DNA of 64,000 nucleotides, taken from assembly GCA_002633005.1 (NCBI GenBank), contig NMRA01000172.1, forward strand, positions 65,825 through 129,824, in the 5' to 3' direction. Below, in pieces: positions 39,501 to 51,822 of this stretch. Within the stretch, counting starts at the first letter, position 1. The number at the start of each line of letters is the position of its first letter. The notes beneath the pieces were generated by a model that saw nothing but the letters and a program-made list of their open reading frames with translations, had not been told where the DNA came from and did not search any database. The position numbers were made by a program, and so were the translations under genes. The DNA comes from Phoronis australis. Lineage: Eukaryota > Animalia > Phoronida.

Positions 39501-42500
39501 GCTTATATTATGAATATGTCAGTTGAGTTCTGAGGCATATTCAGTGACTAATCCAAGTTCCAGGCAAAGAATAATGACCTATCAAAAAGTCCACAAATAA
39601 ACTCAATTCGTTATCTTTGAGGGATGAGTACAATACAATCTCACAATTTAAATATCAAAAAGCTTGAACAAAATTAAGTACAAAAACTGATCATTTTATT
39701 TCACCAGAGCCTTTAACATTGTTGTGAGTGTTCAAAGTTTTTTTAAAACATTGTATGATGCTAGCTATGACGCAGAACTTCAACTAAAAACATTTATTTG
39801 ATGCTAATTTTTGAGACTTAACTTGTTGAGATTTTTAAAAAACCCGCATTTTTGATTTTCGGTGTCTTACTTTGTCATACGTGTATGGATGTCCCACATT
39901 ATATATTGACTGGCATGCTGACTGTTGTCTTTGTGCCTCTAAGACCTGAAACAACAGAGCAGTAATTGGCAGGGTTAACATGGTTTCGAAATGATCTCAC
40001 AATACTACAATTACTGTTTTTGGCCAGGCAGGCAATAATATAAAGTCAATGGAATTAATTAGTACCCACATTGCACAACATACTTAGGAATGGCGTTGTT
40101 GATGGGAATTTTTGTTAATCACAAAGAGTCGTACTGTCTAGAAAGAGTGACATCATGGTAATGTCTAGGTCCGCGTGCTACAATGGATGTCTCATGAAAT
40201 ACAGAACATATTAAAGCCAACATTATTATTCATATATTTTAATGAACCATGCATTAATGGCAAGTTACTGTCAAGTTATACATGTAAATAAAACAGTAAC
40301 ACTATACCATCTCCTATTTAGAATGTCAAAAATTAATAAAGCACGACAAATATAACAAGACAGAAATCCAAGCCATTTATTGAAAAGGGTGAGCAAACAC
40401 TCAGGATATCTGTTGTGCTCCATAACTAGGTGTTAAGTCTAGTCAGTGTAAATGGCATTAAGGTATATAAAGTTTCAATACACACAGACCAATATAACAA
40501 AGTTTGAAGTGAGATGTAAGTGGCAGGTATGGAAGACACCTACACACACAGTCAAATCTTTGCACTCAAAATCAAACTCACCATTATTTTTGACATTCTC
40601 TCTTCTACTGTGATGCAAACTCAAGGTAACTGTTTATCACTCTCTGATACAGTTCACTGTTGTTAACACAGATGAAGTTCTAGTCCAAGTTTGCACTTGA
40701 TGACCTCTATACTCCAGCTACAAACTCGAGATTTCAAGAAAGCAAACTTGTAGCTTGAATGCTGTGGCCATCAAGTTAGTGCAAACTTGGGTTGGACAGT
40801 CATCTAGGTAAACTATAATACTCTTCAGCACACAAAAATATGCATTTAATATCTTGACTTTGCTCAAAAATTGATCAAAAAGTACAAAAAAACATTTCAA
40901 GTTCCTGGTGTAAATGATAATGTGAACAATCGTTCAATCCTTGCGGTGCTAAGGCATGGAAAAGTGTGGCATAACTTATAATTTGAACAAACGTTAAATA
41001 CCTGCGGTGCTACATAATATGGTGTGAAGTGTGGTGTCATCAGGTTTCCCTCATCAACTTTTGCAAACCCAAAATCCGACAATTTCACAGCAGCATCCTG
41101 AAAAATAGATAGGGTAAACACATTACAATGACATCTCTATACAGCTAGACAGGCATGCCAATTAACAAGGTACCTGTTAGTTTTTATCCAAATAACAAAC
41201 AATAGGATAAATCTATAGCACATTAGTTCAACTTTTCAAATCTTTTACTATACCTCTAAGTTGTCCTTCAACAGCAAATTTTCAGGTTTCAGGTCTCTGT
41301 GAGCGATGTTCAGTGAATGACAGCGATGAATTGCAGCACCAATCTAGCAGTACAAAATCTGACATTAAGTTCTTTGAACAAACTACACATCGGCGGTCAT
41401 CAGAATACAAACCGGGTTTACTACTTCTAGTTCATCATGTAGCTTCCATGAGAAATAAGGTTTCCAAAAATATGGGTCCGTTCCACTGACTTAAGTTCAT
41501 TTTTGTCTCAACTTCTAAACTCTGAAACTATCACATTCGGTAAGTCGAACTTAAAAACAAAACTTAAGTCAAAAATTTAAGTCAAACATATGATCACTTT
41601 CTTGGAACGGACTTAAGAAAAACTGAAGTTTTACCTTAAAATTGACCCAAATTTAAGATTTGTCTTAGCCAAGTCAGTTTTCTTGGAACAACCCCAGGTT
41701 TCAAAAAATTCTTCAGACTGGGACACTCTATTGCAGACAGGTGAAATTTTGCTTTGTCAAATTTCTCAACAAAAATATAACCAATTCAGTTTGAGTTCAT
41801 GTATAAATATTCAACAGTATGGGAATGACTGCATAGTCAACAACATGGGGAGGATGGCAAGGAGTTTATCAAAACACAGAATGTACTATACCTGCTTTGC
41901 AAAGTGTGAAGCTTTCCTCTCTGTAAAACATCTTTGTTTACTGATTCTATCAAACAACTCACCACCGTCCATTAATTCCATTACAACCAAAAGTCGAGCC
42001 CTGTAAACATATGAACAATAAACGAATGAAATTCTGATAACTAAATCTAAAACGTGAATAAAAACTTCTAGGATCATTAGCTGTTAGTACGTGAAAAAGT
42101 ATTTTAGAAAAAGTTTCGTTATCTTCAGGAACAAAACCATGGATCAGCAGACATTAATGAAATCTTTAACATAATACAACAGAAGTCAACTACATGTTTG
42201 AAGCTTCTTGTAATTTTTTTTCTGCAGCCTAAGTGCAAGCCATTTCAGTTTAAAAAAGCATCGTATACACCTGTACAAACAGTTGCAGTTTAAGAGAGTT
42301 TTGTTTTTAGAACACAATTACAGTCAATGAAAACTTAATATAAACAGCTATGGTGAACTGCTAATGAAGTTCAGCCATAGATAATGATCATGGAACATTT
42401 TTGGGAAAATTAGTCATACCAAATGCTAACAAAAAATAATTTAAAATCCAAAAACATAATTTACCAGATTCCAACACAATGAACGCACAATGCCATCATC

Positions 42501-45500
42501 TTCAAATCTGTCAACACATACCAATCAAGCAAAGTCCACAAAACCAAGGAAGTCACAAGAAAATAATAATTCATTGCCATCAACCAATGCATGAGCGCCA
42601 AATTTCAATACCAACAGCACCAGTAAAATCCTTTGAATGCAGCAAAGTAGTGTACTAGTAAATATTTACAACAGCAGCACAATGTATATATAGACATTGA
42701 TTACGTGAATCAGCACTAGACAGCTGATAAATTGTTCCAGAATGAACCAAAACATTTTTTATTATTACGCTCACCTCGGCAAAGACTCTCCAGGAAATTG
42801 CACGTCATTAGCGTAGACGTCATACACTGTGACTATGTTAGGGTGACCGCTACATAGAATATGAAGTCTAACTTCCGTCCTAGCTTTTGGCCGATCTAGT
42901 AAACACTTGAGAGCATACCGGCACTTTGTAACTTTGTGACTGCAAGGTCTGAAAATGTGAAGAGTGGATTTTGATGTACGCATGAATGTCAACACTCAAC
43001 TGACTCAACCTATTGACTTTTGAGAAAGTATGGAAGTCACTGAAACATTCACACTGTGGACAGGGTTACCAATTTACGGTGAAAAAATCTTTAATTTGTT
43101 GACAAAAATAATGGCTAAAATTGCCATATTTCTATTTTTCAGATGCTCACGTTGTTGCAAATGTTCAAATTTTTACCAAATGCTGTTTGGTAATAGCTAT
43201 GCCATGCAAACCATGCTAAAAGCAAAGTAAATTAAACTGTTGAGAAATCTGATAAAATTAAATTTCAGCTGTCCGCCGTATTGAGTCCCAAAACGAAAGA
43301 ATTTTTACAGTAATGTTATTTTGTTATTTCAAGTGATAGCATACCATGGTGATAACCAGTAATACCACTGTTCTGTTTTAATCACCTCATCTATAGCAAA
43401 ACACAAACAAATCTGAACAATAATACAGTATAAGACACAGGAAAACATTTGTTCTGACTTCCTGAATTTTCAGCATGATTAAGAGCATCTAACCCACAAT
43501 TTGGGAGAAAATGGACAGAGTAATGATTAATTAATTTACCTTAAAAATTCTATTTATACATAAAATCGTGATACTAACAGCACCCATTCAGGTAAATGCA
43601 AAAGTCATTTATTAAAGTTTAACAACAGAAAACTGATGGAGTAGGAATTAAGCCATTGCAAATACCGGTACTTTGACAACAGAAAATTCAGTGTTGGCAA
43701 TTAGCTGAGCATAGGCATAGACCCGAACAGATATGGTAATACATTGATAACTATATTCAACAACTATTTTCAAGTTCACAAACCTAACTGGACCACTAAT
43801 TCCTGTTCCAAGTTTTTCATTCCACTGCACAACATAGTCTTCAAGGATTGAATACGTCTACAAAAAACAACACCAAACATTAAAAGTTCACATCTTCAGA
43901 CTGTGTAATTGAATTAATGGAAACTACAAACAATCGGTTAATGTCTCTATAGCGAGACAGAAGCACTGCAGGTTAATAATGTTGTATTTCCTGAAGTGTG
44001 GACAGAAAAACCTTACAGTAGCATATCCCAGTACAACAGATATTCACTTTAAAATAATATGCAATATGATCTAAGGATGGAGTGCGGCTCACAGCGGCCA
44101 TAACTAAAGCAGACGTGGAAGTGAATTTTGTATTTTGCGGTCCAGACAGATTCTGGAGCAGAATCACCTTCCCAAAAACAGCACAACTGAGGACAATGAC
44201 ATTGATGTAACACAAATATACTTTTATTTGAAAGGTCACCATACACATTAAGATTTTGCTTTGAAATTTAAAGTTGTTATAGAAGTCTCTGTCCATTAAA
44301 CCAATGCCAACAGAAAGTCTTCACACCATATGTAGGTCACAAGAATATCCCAGCATGCATTCTAAAGGCATGGATAAACTTGGAAGCCCTCAGATTCAGT
44401 TTGGCGGTTTCCAGGTTCATGACCACACAGACAAAAAATGGAAGCGTTTGGAATGAATGAGACGTTAGGACCCGTGTATGAGCCAAACACAAACAGTGTT
44501 CACTGAGCATATACACAAACAGTGTTCACTGAGCATATACAAAAACAGTGTTCACCGAGCATATACAAAAACAGTGTTCACTGAGCATATACACAAACAG
44601 TGTTCACTGAGCATATACACAAACAGTGATCTTGGTAGTCAGTGATGTAACGATCAGCTCTATCCAGCCCAAGAACAGAATTGGTACGCTCGCAAGTTAA
44701 AAGAGTCCATAAACATCAGCACTCAGTGCGCTCTCTTGAACCGGGACCGAGGTCTCCACTTACCTCCCGTGTATTCGAACATTCTTAACTAACGAAAGGC
44801 GGGAAACTCCTCACTCATTGATAAAGACCTGGCGGACCAGGATGAAACATCTGTACCCAATCTACAACGTCTCTAAGTAAGTGATATCTTATACTGCAAT
44901 GCCTCTAGAGACTAATGACCAACCTATTCTCCAGACATCTGAACTGATCCGCGCGCGTTTCATTGCCTCCTGCCTGATGATCGCAAACACACTAGGCACA
45001 ACATCTTAATTCAGCCTCAGTCTCATTTCCTGCCCTCCCAAGAGCTGTTTAGTGAGCCGGTGGCATTCGATCGTCAGTGAAATCAATGTTGACGAAATGC
45101 CGGCAACAAACACGGAGTAGTTTCATGGCCTCATACTTGGTATTAACGGCGTACTTTTCATTCTTCACTACCACGAGTCACTCCCGAAGCATATTGTGGG
45201 CTCTCGAAGAAATTGAAAAAATGATATACCAGTTTTCTTCGCAGCTTCGTAGTTCACACAAGCAGGAACGATATACCACACCATAATGGCACTCACTCTG
45301 CAGAAGACCCAGTGATGTCACTGCGTCGTTTCTCACCTTCCTCACTGGTTAACGCGACACCTCTCGGCGAGGCTAGATCCACCGTATACGAGGTGATGTG
45401 GATATAGACCAATTAAGATGGTAAAAAGACTAATTAAATCGGATGTCATTCTCCTTTAAAATATGCTTTAAATACATCGAGGGCCTAGCTCCTAAGCCCA

Positions 45501-47381
45501 GTGTCCCTTAGGCAATGACCATCGCCTCTGTTGGCCCGAACCAGAGGCGATGTAGAGGCTATAGGCGCTCTGTACGCCGGAAGCTTTTCGGCGAATTATG
45601 CCTCGCACCGACTAAACCATCAAAGTCACGTTGTTATAAATACCTTTTGCGCATAGAGGAACACCTTAGGAGGTTGTCGATTTGTTTAAGTCCTTCCAAC
45701 CTCGAACAAATACTCCCGTTATGGAACTTTTTCTTCGAGCAGTCCCTATTTCAGTTCCCAAAATCGTAAAATCAAGTTTTTCATTTTTTTAACCAGGCCG
45801 AAGGTAAGAAGTTGCAGACCTACCGGCGAACTTTGAAAGCTAAAGTTCCCGCCCTTCGCGTACGTTCTGCCGGGAACCAGCCGTGCATTTGCCGTGTTGT
45901 TAAACATTAAAATGTCAAATATGTGCACAAAGACTATTAAATGTCATATCAACAGCATTTATTTTTATCAAATACAAACAATAATTCATTGAAATACAAA
46001 CAGTTTCAAATAACGCCAATTAAAGACAAGTATAAGTGGTGGCATTTTGGAAACAAACATTTGACAATTAAGACCGCAATGGCTCACCTTTGGCCTATTT
46101 AAAAATTATTGAGGTTATGAAGTCACATCACCCAGCGAGCGCGGTAAAAATTGGAGCGTGCGCAGTACAAAAATTTTGATTTCACGATTTTGGGAACTGA
46201 AATAGGGACTGCTCGAAGAAAAAGTTTCATAACGGGAGTATTTGTTCGAGTTGGAAGGAATTAAACACATCGACAACCTCCTAAGGTGTTCCTCTATGCG
46301 CAAAAGGTATTTATAACAACGTGACTTTGATGGTTTAGTCGGTGCGAGGCATAATTTGCCGAAAAGCTTCCGGCGTACAGAGCGCCTATAGCCTCTACAT
46401 CGCCTCTGGTTCGGGCCAACAGAGGCGATGGTCATTGCCTAGTTTTCAAAATGCCACCACTTATACTTGTCTTTAATTGGCGTTACTTGAAACTGATTGT
46501 ATTTCAATGAATCATTGTTTGTATTTGATAAAAATAAATGCTGTTGATATGACATTTAATAGTCTTTGTGCACATATTTGACATTTTAATGTTTAACAAC
46601 ACGGCAAATGCACGGCTGGTTCCCGGCAGCACGTACGCGAAGGGCGGGAACTTCAGCTTTCAAAGTTCGCCGGTAGGTCCGCAACTTCTGACCTTCGGCC
46701 TGGTTAAAAAAATGAAAAAGTTGATTTCACGATTTTGGGAACTGAAATAGGGACTGCTCGAAGAAAAAGTTTCATAATGGGAGTATTTGTTCGAGTTGGA
46801 AGGACTTAAACACATCGACAACCTCCTAAGGTGTTCCTCTATGCGCAAAAGGTGTTTATAACAACGTGACTTTGATGGTTTAGTCGGTGCGAGGCATAAT
46901 TCGCCGAAAAGCTTCCGGCGTACAGAGCGCCTATAGCCTCTACAGGCTCTACATCGCCTCTGGCTCGGGCCAACAGAAGCGATGGTCATTGTCTAAGTGT
47001 CCCTCTGTGCGCAAAAGGTATTTCTAACAACGTAACTTTGATGTTTTAGTCAGTGCGAGGCATAATTTTCCGAAAAGCTTCTGGCGAATGAAACCCCTTC
47101 ATCCTCTCTGCTGGCTGGGCCACCTGAGACGAGGGTCATTGTCTACTCCAACTTGTCAATGTCAAGAGTCAAGTGGAACAGTGAATCAAAACCGTCTCGG
47201 TTATAAATTGTAAATCAGGGACCATTATATTCAACTAGTGCCATATATTATCACTCATCAGACAACGATACAAAAATAACTACAATAACTACATTCTCAA
47301 GTAAACACAAGCCATCAAAGCAAGCGGTTTTAAGATGTTTTTGTTTACCTTGATTTGAGGATTCCCCTGCCCCTCTGCCAT
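33509..47381 (-). CDS. MAPKAPK5: MAP kinase-activated protein kinase 5 (MK5/PRAK), 13 exons, ~475 aa
   Basis: Exons (-): 47349-47381 ([11 protein letters not shown]), 43784-43857, 42775-42948, 41892-42000, 41254-41343, 41002-41097, 39871-39945, 38214-38401, 37526-37640, 36407-36534, 35064-35179, 34277-34384, 33509-33630. Frame is continuous (1428 nt). Motifs [78 protein letters not shown]-terminal [12 protein letters not shown]. Confidence 0.95.
34878..34950 (+). mobile_element. tRNA-derived SINE head or tRNA pseudogene
   Basis: A-box-like TGGCTCAGTG and B-box-like GGGCTCGAGTCC at tRNA spacing; cccgat...atcggg acceptor-like pairing; no clean anticodon arm. Confidence 0.45.
38603..38920. mobile_element. 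Probable PIF/Harbinger-type MITE
   Basis: aaggccctttcacactaac ... gttagtatgaaagggtgctt imperfect inverted termini. Confidence 0.5.
44491..44628. repeat. 26-bp minisatellite, ~5.3 copies
   Basis: Unit aaacagtgttcactgagcatatacac. Confidence 0.9.
44983..45284 (-). pseudogene. Decayed THAP zinc-finger domain ORF (transposon-derived); second copy ~50575-50877
   Basis: Across frameshifts and stops it reads [11 protein letters not shown]...GISFFQF.../LRE*LVVVK.../LRVCCRHF.../RLRLN*DVVPSVF, matching the THAP pattern (CxVPxC, FFxFP, W, VCxxHF, AVPTIF box). Confidence 0.7.
45509..46995. mobile_element. Non-autonomous foldback / Mutator-like DNA transposon with long inverted arms and 9-bp TSD
   Basis: Ends taggcaatgaccatcgcctctgttggcccg ... 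cgggccaacagaagcgatggtcattgtcta; arms ~45509-46052 and ~46443-46995 are reverse complements; agtgtccct is repeated at 45500-45508 and 46996-47004; empty site in the duplicate copy (~51094-51102). Confidence 0.85.
46997..47144. mobile_element. Older degenerate end of the same foldback family; related remnant in opposite orientation at ~48990-49190 (and 53115-53310)
   Basis: Shared text gcgcaaaaggtattt...tttagtcagtgcgaggcataatt..ccgaaaagctt...ggtcattgtcta, and its reverse complement near 49000-49100. Confidence 0.7.
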
Positions 47382-47721
47382 CTTTACAGACAAACTATTG
47401 CGTAAGTAGGTCAAAGGGAACGGTGTCAATTAAGTAGGCATTTCTTTAGTAGCGGTGGGTTAGTTACAACTTTTTCAGATTCCAAACTGATTGAATTTTC
47501 TATCAATATTCTTACTTTCTTCCATGAAAATTTTTTCCCATTTTGGATGAATAAGATTCAATAAAAAATTTGAATTAGTGATATAGTTATGACCTATTAT
47601 CAAAATAAACTCGTCCAAATATCCCACAATGCAAGAACCGGAAAACATGAAGAACACAAATGTGTGTCTATTGCAATTCGTATGATCTCTGATGATGCTT
47701 TGAACGGGCTCCTGATGAAAA
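47382..47721. promoter_or_regulatory. Bidirectional promoter region of MAPKAPK5/USP30 (duplicate at 51483-51822)
   Basis: 340 bp between divergent ATGs; TCCCACAATGCA (ZNF143/Staf-like, 47622-47633) directly followed by ACCGGAAA (ETS-like). Confidence 0.6.
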
Positions 47722-48346
47722 ATGTCCCTTATTGCCAACAACTGGGCAGTTCTTGGAAGTTTAGCTGCTGCTGTTGTCGCTGGAATTTATGTGTTCTGGG
47801 GACCAAGCGAACGAAAAAAACGAAATAAAAGAGGTGATTCAAAGAGATAGAAACAAATATTTTGTTTTTGATGCAAAAAAAAAGGCATGCGTTGGAGTCT
47901 GTCAGTGTCAGTGTTTCTGTCCTGTATTCAAAACTGTTGACATGTTAACACCTTTTAACCATTCTCGTATATATAGGCATTTTGATTTTGGTTTTCCAAG
48001 TATACCTGTAATTCAGCATGATAGTTTCTACACTGGAATAAATGTTGAGGATATATATTTATTTATTAGCCAGCGATATTGATTGCTTATTTGTCATGTG
48101 TCATGGCATGTGATCCAAAATCAATTAAAATTAAAATATTAACGTGTAATAACAATGACAACAAACTTCTTTCAGATTCTTGTCCTGGGCTAGTCAACTT
48201 AGGCAACACATGTTTTCTCAACTCCGTGCTGCAGAGCTGGGCATCCTGCCGGTCTTTGACTCACTGGCTTGGAGACTTCATTGACAGAAAGACTGACAAG
48301 GAGTATTCACAGTACTTGGCTTTTAGGATAGTTAATGCACTAAAAG
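47722..48346 (+). CDS. USP30: USP30 exons 1-2, duplicate copy (47722-47833, 48176-48346)
   Basis: MSLIANNWAVLGSLAAAVVAGIYVFWGPSERKKRNKR D|SCPGLVNLGNTCFLNSVLQ...; lies in the block duplicated across the n at 50053. Confidence 0.8.
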
Positions 48347-50154
48347 GTCATTAAGTAGATCAAAGCTCACTAGGTGGTGCTAGGGAAACATTTAGCCTTG
48401 GCGTTACATGCTTAATTTTCAACTTTGAGCTTCTTCCAGGAGGTTGCATACATGTCACAACATGTTATTGGAACTGGTTTCATTTCGTTACAAGTTTTTA
48501 GTATTTTAATACTAGCAAACAGAATTTCAGAACAAACTTTGCTGCTACGAATCTGTCGTCATCTCTCAAGAGATGTCACAAAGAATTTAGGAAATGGCGT
48601 GAGCGTGTGCCGCGAGCATACTGTTTTCAAAACGACGACAGACTTTTCTTTGTTAAAAAAGGCAGAGAATTACTTAAGAAAATGACGTTTATTCACCTTA
48701 ACGGCTGCAACGGGCAGGGTGAGTGTCGATTGACTCCCAGATTTTGCATGCACCCCCACCGGTCTTAAGCTCTACGTGTAAATACAAGCTTCATGGCAAG
48801 ATGACGAACATAACTACCCTGACTGTTTGTAATTTCAAGGTCTGTTGCCACTGAAAACACAGTGCTACCTAGCTGTATTTTGATGATAGCTGGCTGGCTA
48901 AGAAAACAGTGGGTTCTAACTGTGAAGTTACTTGCATTGAGGTAGGTAGACAGTACCGCAGTCTCAACTGGCCTAACTAGAGATGTGGCTATCCCGCCGA
49001 GCTTTTTGGCGAATTATGCTTTACACTGATTAAACCATTGAAGTAATATTTCTATAAGTACCTTTTGCGCACAGAGGGACACCTTAGGAGGCCGTTGATA
49101 TCTTCAACTCTTCCCAGCTCGAGCAAATACTACTGCAATCAAACTGTTTTCTAGCAGTTATTCATTCACTTGCCAAAATTGGAAACTAGCCATTTTTACA
49201 CTGCTCGTGCCATGGAGCATGACGTCATGTCCTACCAAGAAGCATCCGATGTACAGCAACCCTATCAGATGACCACTGTCCCTACTGAGGCCAGTTGAGA
49301 TGGTGGTACTGTCTACTGTATGGGGCTTGTATTCCATGAACACTAATCCGTACTAGTGATTATGTTGTTCTTCAGATTATTAAAAGTAAATCCTTTCTAC
49401 ATTAGCACCACCTTGGGAAATATCAAATCATCCATTGTCTATGTTTTGTTCTTGTGTTTTATGTGACTGTAATGCCATGCATACTGTGACATACTTTGAT
49501 TTTTCGAAAAGGTAATATTTTCATCCGCTGATGGGAACTTCTCAATATTCTACACTGATGAAATCTGGATAATTAAAGCTAGTCTGTCTTCATGATGCTA
49601 ATGTTTAGAAACAGTGAGCTCTTGAGCTGTCGAGTACTGTTTGCATTTGTGGCTAAATGTTTTTAAAAATTTCAGTAATCATAACAAAGTGATGATTTGT
49701 ATGAAAGGATAAGGTTCTTTGGCTTTATTTTGAAAATGGTGTTCAGACGTGAACATTGTGTTGTGAGTGAGTGGAGTTCTCTTTTCTGTTAGTCTGGAAA
49801 CTGCTGCACTGAGCTATTCCTGCAACAAAAACGGTATACCACCGACTAAATATATTCTTATAAATGTGCCATACTGCAAAGCAGTGTGAAAGCTGATGAA
49901 ATGCAAACTCTTCCCTGTGACACGTTAATGTAACCACTGTTAACAAATTTTTATTGTTTTTGTATGTTTGAGCTTGCTTTGTATGTACTTCGTATTACGA
50001 ACTTCAAGTATTATTAGTCGCATTACCATTTAGACGGCTTTGTCCAGGTGAGNCAAGTTCCCTGCTTTTTTCACTTCACATACTGTACCCCCTTGATTTC
50101 ATTTTTTTGTTTATGGACTCTTTTAACTTGTGAGCATACCAATTCTGTTCTGTG

Positions 50155-50257
50155 AACATCCATTCCTGGTATCCATTAGCTCGCAAAGCATCTTCACCAT
50201 GGTCAACTTCTTCGACATGGTCTTGGTAGTCAGTGATGTAACGATCAGCTCTATCCA
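50155..50257 (-). mobile_element. Penelope-like retroelement fragment
   Basis: Translates [35 protein letters not shown], resembling the RA...EE...L..NGYP.W thumb/linker motif of Penelope-like RTs. Confidence 0.55.
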
Positions 50258-51449
50258 GCCCAAGAACAGAATTGGTACGCTCGCAAGTTAAAAGAGTCCA
50301 TAAACATCAGCACTCAATGCCCTCTCTTGAACCGGGACCAAGGTCTCCACTTACCTCCCGTGTATTCGAACATTCTTAACTAACAAAAGGCGGGAAACTC
50401 CTCACTCATTGATAAAGACCTGGCAGACCAGGATGAAACGTCTGTACCCAATCTACGACGTCTCTACGTAAGTGATATCTTATACTGCAATGCCTCTAGA
50501 GACTAATGACCAACCTATTCTCCAGACATCTGAACTGATTCGCGCGCATTTCATTGCCACCTGCCTGATAATCGCAAACACACTAGGCACAACATCTTAA
50601 TTCAGCCTCAGTCTCATTTCCTGCCCTCGCACGAGCTGTTTAGTAATCCGGTGGCATTCGATCGTCAGTGAAATCAATGTTGATGAAATGCCGGCAACAG
50701 ACACGGTGTTAAGTTTCATGGCCTCATACTTGGTATTAACGGCGTACTTTTCATTCTTCACTACCACGAGTCACTCCCGAAGCATATTGTGGGCTCTCGA
50801 ATAAATCGAAAAAATTATATACCTGTTTTCTTCGCAGCTTCGTAATTCACACAAGCAGGAACGATATACCACACCATAGCGGCACTCACTCTGCAGAAGA
50901 CCCAGTGATGTCACTGCGTCGTTTCTCACCTTCCTCACTGGTTAACGCGACACCTCTCGGCGACGCTAGATCCACCGTATTCGAGGTGATGTGGATATAG
51001 ACCAATTAAGATGGTAAAAAAGACTAATTAAATCGGACGTCATTCTCCTTTAAAATATGCTTTAAATACATTGAGGGCCTAGCTCCTAAGCCCAGTGTCC
51101 CTCATTGCGCAAAAGGTATTTTTAATAATGTGACTTTGATGTTTTAGTCAGTGCGAGGCATAATTTGCCGAAAAGCTTCCGGCGAGTGAAACCACTCCAT
51201 CCTCTCTGCTGGCTGGGCCTGCTGAGACGAGGGTCATTGTCTACTCCAACTTGTCAATGTCAAGAGTCAAGTCGTGGAACAGTGAGTCAAAACCGTCTCG
51301 GTTATAAATTGTAAATCAGGGACCATTATATTCAACTAGTGCCATATATTATGACTCATCAGACAACGATACAAAAATAACTACAACAACTACAACCTCA
51401 AGTAAACACAAGCCATCAAAGCAAGCGGTTTTAAGATGTTTTTGTTTAC

Positions 51450-51482
51450 CTTGATTTGAGGATTCCCCTGCCCCTCTGCCAT
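51450..51482 (-). CDS. MAPKAPK5: Duplicate copy of MAPKAPK5 exon 1 (probable second haplotype)
   Basis: Identical [11 protein letters not shown]|gtaaac exon inside the duplicated block. Confidence 0.7.
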
Positions 51483-51822
51483 CTTTACAGACAAACTATT
51501 GCGTAAGTAGGTCAAGGGGAACGGTGTCAATTAAGTAGGCATTTATTTAGTAGCAGTGGGTTAGTTACAACTTTTTCAGATTCCAAACTGATTGAATTGT
51601 CTATCAAAATTCTTACTTTCTTCCATGAAAAATTTCTCCTATTTTGGATGAATAAGGTTCAATTAAAAATTTGAATTAGTAATATAGTTATGACCTATTA
51701 TCAAAATAAACTCGTCCAAATATCCCACAATGCAAGAACCGGAAAACATGGAGAACACAAATGTGTGTCTATTGCAATTCGTATGATCTCTGATGATGCT
51801 TTGAACGGGCTCCTGATGAAAA

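Noticed and set aside
45515-46989. Repeated ORFs [12 protein letters not shown]... and MHIFDILMF...
   Set aside because: They recur only because of the inverted-repeat arms; stops and frameshifts differ between copies; no transposase motifs.
47589-47828. Supplied ORF MTYYQNK... as the USP30 N-terminus
   Set aside because: Wrong frame; the true exon starts at ATG 47722 (MSLIANNWAVLG...).
46997-49190. Pack-MULE capture of the MAPKAPK5/USP30 first exons
   Set aside because: The two remnants have their termini facing the genes, the opposite of an enclosing element, and no TSD is visible.
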